Source: Octopus bimaculoides (Eukaryota). Taken from it: a DNA stretch of 64,000 nt. Under the pieces are notes generated by a model, which was given only the letters and a program-made list of their open reading frames with translations, did no database searches and was not told the DNA's origin. How positions within the stretch are numbered: the stretch's first letter is position 1; the number at the start of each line of letters is the position of its first letter. The stretch covers positions 44,374,625 through 44,438,624 of the forward strand of contig NC_068982.1 in assembly GCF_001194135.2 (NCBI RefSeq), written 5' to 3'. A program made the translations under genes and the position numbers. Below, in pieces: positions 53,536-64,000 of the stretch.

Positions 53536-53905
53536 TGTGGAGGCGCAATGGCCCAGTGGTTAGGGCAGCGGACTCGCGGTCATAGAATCGTGGTTTCGAT
53601 TCCCAGACCGGGCGTTGTGAGTGTTTATATTGAGCGAAAACACCTAAAGCTCCACGAGGCTCCAGCAGGGGGTGGTGGCGATCCCTGCTGTACTCTTTCA
53701 CCACAACTTTCTCTCACTCTATCTTCCTGTTTCTGTTGTACCTTGTCACACTCTGTGTCACGCTGAATCTTCCCCGAGAACTATGTTAAGGGTACACGTG
53801 TCTGTGGAGTGCTCAGCCACTTGCACGTTAATTTCACGAGCAGGCTGTTCAGTTGATTGGATCAACTGGAACCCTCGTCGTCGTAACCGACGGAGTGCCA
53901 ACGAT
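53536..53905 (+). mobile_element. tRNA-derived SINE family B, full length
   Basis: tgtggaggcgcaatggcccagtggttagggcagcggactcgcgg...ggtttcgattcccagacc...cgacggagtgccaac. Confidence 0.9.
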
Positions 53906-54554
53906 TGTTACTGTTGTTGTTGTTGCTTACAGCGGTATCTCAATACTATGTTATGCCATAGTATTAGTGACGTTGTCAGAGTTAATGCCTACACAATTCT
54001 CAGGGACATGTTTTGGATAAAGTCACCTTTCCTCTTTGGCAAGCAAAATTTTTAAGCTAAATGACTGCTTCAGCATTATCTCTCCCACGGACCGCGCCTC
54101 ACATTAAATGTCAAACTTGCTGACATTTTAATAAAAACATTTGTCCACAGGCCGCAAACGATGGAGAGAAAATAACTGAACCATCCTATAATTAGGGTAA
54201 AATTTGGGAGTTTTCTAATTCCCTTTTTCTCTAGAATGTCTTAAATGATTATAACTATTATGAAAAAGAATAAAAGACAAATTTCTTTGGAGAAATTTAT
54301 GAAAACCAGTGTATTAATTACATAATATTAATGTTTATGATCAGAACTATTCAGATATTATGGTGGTGGTAGTGGTGGTGGTGGTGGTGGTGGTGNNNNN
54401 NNNNNNNNNNNNNNNNNNNNNNNNNNNNNNNNNNNNNNNNNNNNNNNNNNNNNNNNNNNNNNNNNNNNNNNNNNNNNNNNNNNNNNNNNNNNNNNNNNNN
54501 NNNNNNNNNNNNNNNNNNNNNNNNNNNNNNNNNNNNNNNNNNNNNNNNNNNNNN

Positions 54555-55270
54555 GGATATTTAGCGAGGATATTGGTATGCAGTTTGGGATGAATGAGTA
54601 TGCAGTATTAATTATGAAGACAGGTCGAAAGATTAAATCTGATGTGATAATGATATCACGAGATAATATCAATATATTACTGAAAGAGAATGAGCGATAC
54701 AAGTATATTAAAGTGCCGCTGAATGGCAAAATAATGGAAAAGGAAAGAAAAATATCTCAAAACGAGTATAAGTGAAGGATTAGGAAGTTGCAGTGTGGAA
54801 GACACGTATTAGCCATTCAAAAATACACAATGTCTGTTAACTTCACTTAAGCATTTACTATTTGGTGCCAAAATCTTCGTAGCACTAATTACAACCTGGT
54901 CACTGGCATGATTCTACAAGCAGTAGAATAATAGCAAATGTTTAAGTTAACACTCTTTGTATGTTTCTGAATGGTTAGAAAATATGTCTTCCGCGCTGCG
55001 ATTGTTTTACGATAGTTTCAACACAGTGGCTCAGAGAAAATCACTTGATTCGCAAGTACACCTCCGAAATTGGGAAGCTACTTAAAAAAAAAAAAAAAAC
55101 TAAATGGGAGTTAATACCACTAAGGTAGACAATACCCAGCCCATGCAAGCACTGGGATACTCTGTCTCCTTTTCAAAGTAGACAAAAACAGAATTACAGA
55201 AATTGAATAGAAGAACTAATCCCTACTTCCAGATATCCGGTCTCCAGTGTCTATAGAGTTGCTGAAGCAT
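54555..55270 (+). mobile_element. R4/Dong-clade LINE fragment, end of RT domain
   Basis: DIGMQFGMNEYAVLIMKTGRKIKSD...ENERYKYI...EY; later TKTELQKLNRRT. Confidence 0.75.
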
Positions 55271-55757
55271 CAAATAAATGCCTTGCGTTACTTGTCCCGG
55301 CTCTTTGCTTTCTAGTTTTGAATCATGCCGAGGATAGTTTTGTCTATCGATAAAATAAAGTACCATTCATGTGTTGGAGTCTTACTTCCTTGATATTGAC
55401 TTACCTCCTCCCGTCTAAACTATTGGATTTTGTGTCTAAATCAAAATCACTGTTGTTATTATTAAAATTATTATTATTATCCTCTTCTTTCAATTTTGTT
55501 TCAATTTGTTGCCGAGTGTCTTCCAGACACCTAGGGCAAAGAAAATCACTGCATACATTGGTAGGCCATTAAAATAAACACACCAGATTGTTCATTTACA
55601 AAGTCATGCGGGAGAAAAAAAAGTGAAAGAAAGAGAGAAAGGAAAAGCAAAGAAAAAATAGAAAAAAAGAACACGAAGAAAATAAGGGAGGAAAAGGAAA
55701 GGAAATTCACAGCGACAATGCTCTTCTCAATACGTGTGACATATAATAATAATAATA

Positions 55758-55814
<57 letters not shown>

Positions 55815-55840
55815 ATAATATAATTATTATAATAATAATA

Positions 55841-55875
<35 letters not shown>

Positions 55876-55894
55876 CATCATTATTATTATTATT

Positions 55895-56110
55895 TAAGGC
55901 GGTGAGCTGGTAGAATCGTTAGTACGCTGGACGAAATGCTTAGGGGTATTTCGCCCGTCGCTACGTTCTGTGTTCAAATTCCGTCGAGGTCGACTTTGCT
56001 TTCATCTTTTCGGGGTCGATAAATTAAGTACCAGTGAAACACTGAGGTCGATGTAACCGACTCATCACCCCCACCCCAAATTGCTACCCTTGTGGAAAAA
56101 TTTGAAATAA
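55895..56110 (+). mobile_element. SINE family A embedded in TAA/TTA arrays
   Basis: aaggcggtgagctggtagaatcgttag...ggaaaaatttgaaataattatt. Confidence 0.85.
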
Positions 56111-56142
56111 TTATTATTGTTGTTGTTGTTGTTGTTGTTGTG

Positions 56143-56173
<31 letters not shown>

Positions 56174-56174
56174 T

Positions 56175-56385
56175 TGTTTCTACACCGTATTAATGTTGTG
56201 CCCGGTTTAATTATGCATCTTATGTAATCCTTGCTTCATCTCTAGTACAGCACATTTCTTGATTCTGGATATCATCCCAATGTCGCTATTATGTATTATT
56301 ATGGTTTGCACTAAGCCATCTAGTTAATTCTTGTCTTTGCCATAAAGCTTTAAATCATCTATAGATACCGAGTAAGTAGCCTTCC
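56175..56385 (-). mobile_element. R4/Dong-clade LINE fragment, RT catalytic region
   Basis: IDDLKLYGKDKN*LDGLVQT...SDIGM...IKKCAVLEMKQG (YxDD-equivalent). Confidence 0.75.
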
Positions 56386-57229
56386 TTAGCTTTGTTTAAT
56401 ATAATCAACAAAGGAATCACTGCGATTACAAACAACATAGCAAAGAGTGAGAGAGTGAGTGAGTGAGTGAGTGAGTGAGTGAGTGAGTGGGAGAGAGAGG
56501 GGTGTTTTATTGCAAAATTCGTCTCCTACTAATCTTTCCCATCTAGCTGTCAGTCCTACTCTCCAATGTTGCATTTGCATTTTCTAGCTGGTACTTAACC
56601 TTTTTTTGAGATTTGAAACATTTCCAGGCACTGCTTGATACAAAAGTGTGTTGACTAAAAATCAAACCCTTTTAATATAATCGAGCCTCGAGATACATAA
56701 CTTAGATAACTTAAATGTGTTTCAGCCAAAGATTTAGCCCAGGTCATGTCTAACTTAATGATACCACCTGCTAAGATCCGTTTAGTCATTTTAAAGTCAA
56801 TTTTTGTGGTATCATGACCCATTCAAGTAGGGAGTTGCTATTGACTGAGGTGTATCCAGGTAAAAGTGGCTTATTTAATATTTGTCCAGGTTTCGTTTGA
56901 AGGTGATAGGATTTTTGTCCAGCTTTCGTTTGTCCAGGTTTCATTTGAAGGTGATAGGATTTTTTCTTTTTTGATTTGTTTCGGAATAATTCTAAATAGA
57001 GCAGGACCTGTTAAGGAAAAGAAATTGTGTTGCAATGAATTTGTGTTATGAGCCTGAATTGTGTATGGAGCATATGGCACATGGTCTCTGCATTGGATAT
57101 ATTCGGAATCTGATGTTAAGATCGTTTGGGCTATGTTGGTGGGACATTCTTCACATTGTACATGCGATGTAGCGCTCACCGTGGCGCCGGAGAGAATAAA
57201 AATTCAATGTTTTAAGGTGACCCTAATAA

Positions 57230-59150
57230 TCAAGATCAGTCATGCTTTTCCCTTTTTTTTTTTTTTTGATACATTCGATCCTGTCGATCAATAACTGGTC
57301 TTTCGCGCACCTGATTTTTTCCGCTGACCTTTCTGTTCATCAGGCATTAAGTGTTTCTTATATAGGTGTTGGCCTACCTCCTCTGTAATTATTCCAATTG
57401 AGGGTTTCCACCCGAGTAGCAGAGTGTAATTTGAGGCAACGTTACTTTCAGTTTGCCTTTCACATTTTGGCAGGTTCTTCTTTTTATTAACTGCAGTGAT
57501 TCTCCCTTCTTTTTGCATGCACCCATTTAGTCACATCACTAGTTTTATGAAGACCCATACACACTTTCAGTCATTAACTTTCCACTTTCCTGCCGTTCTA
57601 AAAATTGCTTTCGGATGTTTTCATTTTGTGATGGTAACATCTTTCTGAGCCTCAACATTTTCAGTGAAATTTTCCACTTTTTTATATCCACTGTTGCTTG
57701 GCATTTTTTTTTTCAGATTTCTTCCCTTAAGTAATATGTTTTCTTTAGCATTTGATCTTATGCTATCATTCTTCCCAATTCATTCAAGAATATGAAATAT
57801 GCGTTTCTGGATTGATTGATTAAAAAAGGCAATTTGGCTTACATTGGTTATTTCTTTCTTAACATTTTCTGATTTTGGCAGCTTTTCCCTTTTCTCTCTG
57901 TTTTAGTTTTTCGATCAATGTCCCAAATCCATTTTCGCTTACATGATACATTTCGTCTAATCTACCTTTCTCTAACTCTTTCTTTAGCTCGTTTGCCATG
58001 CTTCATCTAATCCAGCTCACTTATATGTTTCCTAAGGCAGCTAATCTTCATTGACACCTGCCATATTTATCAGGTTACTTACTGGTCCTTTTTTGGCCCT
58101 TTCTTTTACCCCAACAATGCCTCAAATATATTAACATTTGTTAACAACAATATGTTGGTATCTTTAATGTTTTTACAGGCAATCATATTAATCATACCGT
58201 TTACTTTTGATGGCTTTTTTCTTAATCTTGGTCCGATTCACTGCCTTCAAATTAATTCATCGTAGTTCTTTCAGTTTCTGCTTCAGTTTTCCAAGGATCT
58301 CTAGTTAATTTTCATCATGGCTATCCACATCAAATTCCTTTTCTTTTTATACGCTTCTTCTTGCTTCTATTTCAAATCTTAACGTTGCATTCTCTTGATT
58401 GGCTGAAATAGCTGCATTCTTCTGATTCTCTGAAGGGTTATTGTAATCCAGTTAATTTTGATATGTTGGTTCTTGTGATATGGGACTGATTTTTCTCTGT
58501 ATTTCTTCAATTTTTATGTTAGAGAGGTTTTTTTTTTTATCCCTAATACACAATACTTGCCTGCTAGCTGTTGTTCACTGAACTAAATACTCCCATAACA
58601 TTCCAAATGTTCAGCATTCTTTACCAGAATCTTCGCTTCCTTGGTTCACTTCTAAGATATCATTCCATTACTATCGTCTTGATTACCTTATTCCACTTAA
58701 CTTTTTTGCACAACACCAAGTGGGTGACAATCAGATCTACGCTGCTTATCCTCAGAACGTACTATCGGGCGACAAACCCTTGTGAGGAGTTCCAGACTTA
58801 ATCACATCTTTTCTCATTGAATTTCAGTTTGACATAATGCACCTAGAGATTTTAAGGTTTCTCTGCTATAGGTATCTTTTTTCTAGACGCCATATCTATG
58901 AGGATTGCTAATCATAGCTAAAGAGGTACTCCTCTCCTTGGGGAAAGATATGACGTCGCCTACAGTCAGTGGGTTCATTAAAACTTCATCCCTAGACAGG
59001 ATATAGACAAGATTTAAAGAACCTGTCTACCCTTAGCTGAGACAAGTGATACTGTGCTGGTTGCTAAACCAACACTTTATCCTTCGCTGATAAGATGCAT
59101 TATCTCGACCATGATGCAGTAGTGCAAATAGCAAATTCTGTCATCTTGTG
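57230..59150 (-). mobile_element. Degenerate R4/Dong-clade LINE 5' half (5' UTR, N-terminus, start of RT)
   Basis: KVKWNKVIKTIVME*YLRSEP near 58690; LLGWKPSIGIITEEVGQHLYKKHLMPDEQKGQRKKSG and DQLLID near 57290-57430. Confidence 0.75.
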
Positions 59151-59529
59151 AATATGATTGTGGTTTGACGTTTTACTTTATCATGTACAAGCAAATGATT
59201 CAATTTGGATGACATTGGCTGAGTTCATCTGCTCTTCCCCAGATTTTGTTTTTTGTCTTGTAATGTGTCCAAATATAGAAAAAAACCCCCCTAAAATACC
59301 ATACAATATCACCCTCCTCATCGAGTAGGCACGGTAGAGATATTTGTTTAGTCGCGAACTGCTTGACTTTTTTTCTTCCTTTATTTAATCGCCATTGTTT
59401 CACCACTTTCAAGCAAACTGATACTGAAAATCATCTTTAGTATTAACTATTATAGAAAAATTAATGAGAATATATTTAAATGCTAGAAACAATTATTTAA
59501 TCTGAATATTAGAGCAATAATCCTTTCTT

Positions 59530-59710
59530 ATATAGACACAAGACCTGAAGTTTTAAAGCGGAGGCTAGTTGATTACTGGTACTCAACTGGTACTTATTTC
59601 ATCGAAAGATAAAAAGTAAAGACGTCTTCCATAGTATTTGAACTCAAGACGGACGAAATGTTACGCAACATTTTGTCCAATGTGCCAACGATTCTGCTAG
59701 TTCGCTACCT
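59530..59710 (-). mobile_element. Degenerate SINE family A
   Basis: ggtacttatttcatcg...tttgaactcaagacggacgaaatg...gccaacgattctgctag. Confidence 0.7.
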
Positions 59711-59883
59711 TCACTAGTTGCACTGCGCATAGAGTATATGTATATTGTTAATTCAACTGGGATTAACTGTAGTTTAGTACATTAATAAATTGTATGCATT
59801 ATTTACAAGATTAAACACTTTTTCTGTAAATGTGGTATATATGAGATATCTTGTAGATTAAATTGTTGATATGATGGAGCAAG

Positions 59884-59946
59884 ACGGATTTCAGATTCAT
59901 AGAGTACGGATTTCAGATTCATAGAGTACGGATTTCAGATTCATAG
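59884..59946. repeat. 22-bp tandem repeat, ~2.9 copies (acggatttcagattcatagagt)
   Basis: Direct inspection; units identical. Confidence 0.95.
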
Positions 59947-60321
59947 GCGTAGGAGTGGCTGTGTGGTAAGTAGCTTGCTAACCAACCACATGGTTCCGGT
60001 TTCAGTCCCACTGCGTGGCATCTTGGGCAAGTGTCTTCTCGGGCCGACCAAAGCCTTGTGAGTGGATTTGGTAGACGGAAACTGAAAGAAGCCCGTCGTA
60101 TGTGTTTGTGTGTCTGTGTTTGCCCCCCCCCCCCAACATCGCTTGACAACCGATGCTGGTGTGTTTACGTCCCCGTAACTTAGCGGTTCGGCAAAAGAGA
60201 CCGATAGAATAAGTACTAGGCTTACAAAGAATAAATCCTGGGGTCGATTTGCTCGACTAAAGGCGGTGCTCCAGCATGGTCACAGTCAAAAAGACTGAAA
60301 CAAGTAATAGAGTAAAAGAGT
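59945..60321 (+). mobile_element. tRNA-derived SINE family C
   Basis: ggcgtaggagtggctgtgtgg...cttgggcaagtgtcttc...aaggcggtgctccagcatgg...gagtaaaagagt. Confidence 0.9.
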
Positions 60322-60399
60322 ACCCTAAAATTAACTAATATCATCTAAAGTAGTGTTTGCTAAATAAAAAAAAAAAGATTGCTTTAGCTTGCCACTGGA

Positions 60400-60620
60400 T
60401 CACAAGGAAAGCCAATCACTGCAACCTTTGCATACAATATGTGGAGCAAAATATTTATCTTTGTCACCAAGTTTGTTTTGAAGTAATATTTGTAGCTTGC
60501 TAGTATGGGTGGCGTGATGTTTCTCCAACAGTCCTTGAATGCATATTCCCCACAGACGAAGCAAAAGTGACCTGGGTCATTGCGACATACACGTCTTGAA
60601 GCAAACTGAAGTGGAGAAAT
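60400..60620 (-). pseudogene. DNA-transposase N-terminal remnant (Sola1-like)
   Basis: SRRVCRNDPGHFCFVCGEYAFKDCWRNITPPILASYKYYF resembles the C.N.PD.FC..CGE.....R.IT..+..AY..YF start of Sola1-like transposases; family assigned from memory. Confidence 0.55.
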
Positions 60621-60999
60621 ACAAAAAAAAGAACAGCAGTCTGCAGTGAATAAAGCAACTACCACTTTGATACAAGTTACAATAACATCCGAAACATGTA
60701 TTCGAATCAAAGTGTTCTAAAAATAGACATGATCTAATACATGTTATATTAGCTTTTACAGCTCTATATTTAACGGTTGTCACAAAAACAGCAATCAAAG
60801 GCATTCTTAAATGACAAACAGGAACATTTGACGTATTACATGTTATATTACATTTCAATAAAGTTAGTATATAGGGGGTATTTTGTCAATCAAAATCGAG
60901 ATTTGATGAAGCAAAACTGACTTCATTTTTAGAAAGAGTAGCCTAAAATTAGGTAAAACCACCCTAATTATCTCTTGCTAAATTAATTCTTTCTGCTAT

Positions 61000-61470
61000 A
61001 GGCACAAAACCTGAAATTGTGTGGGTGGCAGTTAATCGATTACATCTAACGATTCGGCCAGCTAGTCGCCTTTGTAACAGTGATGATATCCCTTTCTATT
61101 ATAGGCACAAAGGTTCGAGTTTATATGGAGGAGGCTAGTCAATTACATTGATCCCAGTATTTAACTGGTACTTATTTTATCGGCCCCGAAATGATGAAAG
61201 GAAAAGTCGACCTCAGTGACTTTTGAACTCAGAATGTAAAGCTAGAAGAAATGCCGCTAAGCTTTTTGCCTATCGTTAGCACGCCAGACAAAATCCTTAG
61301 CGGCATTTCGTCCATCTTCACGCTTTGAGTTCAAATTACGTCATAGTTAACTCTAATTTATATCTTATCGGGTGGATACAATAAATAGCAGTTAAGCACT
61401 GATCTCGATGTAATCGACTTGTCCCCTCTCCCAAAATTTCAGGACTTGTGCCTATACTAGGAGGAATTAT
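61000..61470. mobile_element. SINE family A cluster: minus copies (~61000-61270) head-to-head with a plus copy (~61272-61470)
   Basis: ...gaagaaatgccgctaagctttttgcc|tatcgttagcacgccagacaaaatccttagcggcatttcg.... Confidence 0.8.
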
Positions 61471-61779
61471 TTTGGCAGACTTGCTGTGGTTTTTACCAAT
61501 AGTACGTCCTTTTATGATTTAATTTTCACTCTATGTTCTAGGCAGTTCTTGATCTTTCTTACCAGCACCACAAATATGACCGACTTCAGTACTGAATTCT
61601 CAAACAGGCAAGCACCCTAGTTTACCCCATGGTTGTCAGGGACATTAATATTTCTAGGTCCACGCTGACGCCAGCTCATATATTTCACAATTGTGTTGTG
61701 CTTTCACAACTTTCCATAATTGTGTCGCGAAAGTCCCAATTAGTCATGAATGCCAACATCAATATTCCAAAATGCTATA

Positions 61780-62610
61780 CTTGCGTTCTGGGTTTTTTTC
61801 CCTCCCATACAGTATGCTGATGAAACCAAAGTATGGGTTACACTTCCACAATTCTTATCCCGTCCGACGAAGCAGACTTCTTTTCATACGTTGGACATGG
61901 CCTTTTCAAAATTTCTTTTTCAAGGGTTTTGGGGCAACCTCGATTACTTTTCAGACAAAAGCAGACGTAGGTCAGTCCTGTGTGTTGTCCGTCAAAAAGA
62001 CTTAGTCCCGTCCAGTTCTGGTCAGTGCAGATTCTTCGGCAGGTCTTTACTGTCTTTCAGTTCGTTTGCAAAAGTTGGTAATGCTGTTGCTGCTCCTGCT
62101 GCTTGTCTTCCAGTGGCATTGTTTACGTCATTGTTACTACTGTTATTGGAATTTGGATTTATTCTAGTAGTTTTCACCTGCGCGGTTGTGAAATACAACG
62201 GTGGTGCTGAAACTGTTGCTGCTGTTGTTGTTGTTGTCGGTGGTGGACGATTATCAAAATGTTCGAGCTTTACCCTCCTCATACCACCCCTCTAAAACCA
62301 TGACGCCATATTGTAATTTTTTTTCATTTAAATTCTAAAACACATTTTTCGAAGCAAAAATAATTTAGAATTTAGAAGCATTATAAAGATTGGTGCTGTT
62401 GGTGATAGTGGTGCGCTGTTACTATTACTAAGGCTTTCCACCATTTTCCCCACATCCACCGCATTTTAAAACAATTTTTGAAGCAAAATGTAATAAAAAG
62501 ACAGTAACAAATTCAGTAAATTTTTAAGGAACAAAAATAAATGTAAAATAACCAGTTGTTTTGATTTTGAAGTCAGCACGCGAACAAAATAGTTAATAAC
62601 GACAGTACTT
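61780..62610 (+). mobile_element. Possible degenerate Sola1-like transposon 3' part
   Basis: KYGLHFHNS (cf. K+HFLHSH), FQGFWG..DY (cf. YQG.W...ADYCW), end motif ttttgaagtcagcacg...aaaatagttaataac. Confidence 0.35.
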
Positions 62611-62789
62611 TCGGAAAGTATGTAGCACTAATTTAATCCTAAATTTGAGAATTGCGAAAGATGCGCGTTTTCTCTTCGATATTCAACAACAGCAGCAACA
62701 ACAACAACAACAACAGCAACAACATTATCGTCTTCATTATCAACAATAATATTAGTAATGGTAGTAGTAATAATAATAACAATTTCTCT

Positions 62790-63115
62790 ATTATAGGCAC
62801 TATGTGGGAGGAGGCTACTTGATTACATCGACCCCTGTGTTGAACTGGTACTTATTTTATCGATCTCGAAAGGATGAAGGTGAAGTCGACCTCAGTAGAA
62901 TTGAAACTCAGAACGTTAACCGGGCGTAATACCGCGAAGCATTTTGTCTAGTGTACTACGATTCTGAATAATAATTATAATAATTGATAATAATAATTAT
63001 CCTTTCTACTATAGGCACAAAGCCTGAAATATTGGGGAAGGGCTAAGTCGATTACATCGACCCCAGTACTCTACTGGTACTTAATTCATCGACTCCGAAA
63101 GGATGAAAGGCAAAG
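62790..63115 (-). mobile_element. Two SINE family A copies (62790-62970, 63000-63115)
   Basis: gattacatcgacccc...ggtactta...gaaaggatgaa.g....gtcgacctc. Confidence 0.85.
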
Positions 63116-63665
63116 GAAGAATATGAGAGATGGTGGCATGACCAAATAGTAAAAGTTTTACACTGGGAGCTTTGCCAGGAATAGGGATTTGAAGCTGGAG
63201 ACTCATGGTATGACCATCAGATCGAAAAAGTGCTGGTGCCGGAGAATTGTAAGATTTTTGTGGGACTTCCCTATTCAAACGGACAAGAATCTAGAAAATA
63301 ATTGACCAGACATAACAATAATAGACAAGGAAAAGCGAAGTTGCCTACTAATTGAACCATCATATCCGTTTGATACCAGGATCGTTAAGAAAGAAAACGA
63401 AAACCAAGATAAATAAATAAAATACAATCCCTTAAAATTTAAAACTGCAAGAATATGGATTATGAAAATTGTAATGGTTGTGCCTATGATAACTGATGCA
63501 ATTGGAAATGTAAGTAAAGATATTGACAAATTGTGGAAGGAGATTGGAATAGAATGCACTGTAGAGTTTCTACAGAAAGTTTGCCTTGTAGGGACAGGAA
63601 AGATCATCAGAATTTTGGAAAACTTATAGATACCTAAGGTTACAGGTACCTACATAAATTCTCTC
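63110..63665 (+). mobile_element. R4/Dong-clade LINE 3' end (REL endonuclease), subfamily 2
   Basis: HDQIVKVLHWELCQE*GFEAGDSWYDH...WDFPIQTDKNLENN*PDITIIDKEKRSCLLIE...FLQKVCLVGTGKIIRILENL*; followed by (TAA)n. Confidence 0.85.
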
Positions 63666-63703
63666 AAAAATAAGAACGAACATGAATCAAATCAATAATG
63701 ATG

Positions 63704-63774
<71 letters not shown>

Positions 63775-63775
<1 letters not shown>

Positions 63776-64000
63776 TTCACAGACACGACAGAGCTGGGAC
63801 CTATATACACTGGAAGCTATGCCAACACTATGGAATAACAACAGAAAAAAGATGGTATAAACACACGCCAGAAAAGATCACAGAAAACGAGAAAGCAACC
63901 ATACTCTGGGATATGCCAATACACACAGATAGAGAAATTAAGGCAAATAGACAAGATATAGTTGTCAAAGATCATGAAGAAAAAAAATGCTTTCTAATTG
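63775..64000 (+). mobile_element. R4/Dong-clade LINE REL fragment, subfamily 1, runs off the window
   Basis: Directly after (TAA)n: IHRHDRAGTYIHWKLCQHYGITTEKRWYKHTPEKITENEKATILWDMPIHTDREIKANRQDIVVKDHEEKKCFLI, open to the edge; same subfamily as 16051-16660. Confidence 0.9.

Noticed and set aside
53536-53620. tRNA-like sequences at SINE heads (also 37030-37089, 59945-60020, 321-420)
   Set aside because: No complete cloverleaf with acceptor stem; each continues into a multi-copy SINE body.
56880-56965. Short tandem duplication (tttgtccaggtttc.tttgaaggtgataggatt x2)
   Set aside because: Real but an ordinary local slippage event.
59884-59946. Short direct repeats resembling a CRISPR array
   Set aside because: No spacers, eukaryotic context, no cas genes.

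Overview
AT-rich, gap-ridden eukaryotic scaffold window with 8 N-runs and dense di/tri/tetranucleotide microsatellites. Its repeat content (tRNA-derived SINEs, RTE and R4/Dong LINE fragments, Tc1/mariner and hAT elements) looks like an octopus (cephalopod) genome; this is inferred from repeat recognition only. One host gene is well supported: a minus-strand polycystin-1/REJ-like (PKD-domain + REJ-module) extracellular protein. It has a putative signal-peptide exon (13227-13275) and an unusually large 1351-bp coding exon (11652-13002); its downstream exons were not found. Almost everything else is transposon debris. This includes at least four SINE families (about 25 copies), six R4/Dong-type REL-LINE fragments often abutting (TAA)n arrays, a near-complete dead DD36E Tc1-family element, mariner remnants, hAT MITEs with 8-bp TSDs, and RTE and APE-LINE fragments. 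The most unusual observation is a tRNA-headed SINE carrying a complete minimal Penelope-type hammerhead ribozyme motif (36900-36945, minus). Several long inverted repeats could form dsRNA. Most ORFs in the track are microsatellite or N-gap artefacts. Repeat boundaries are approximate (read by eye) unless a TSD or splice site is quoted; SINE family letters A-D are my own labels.
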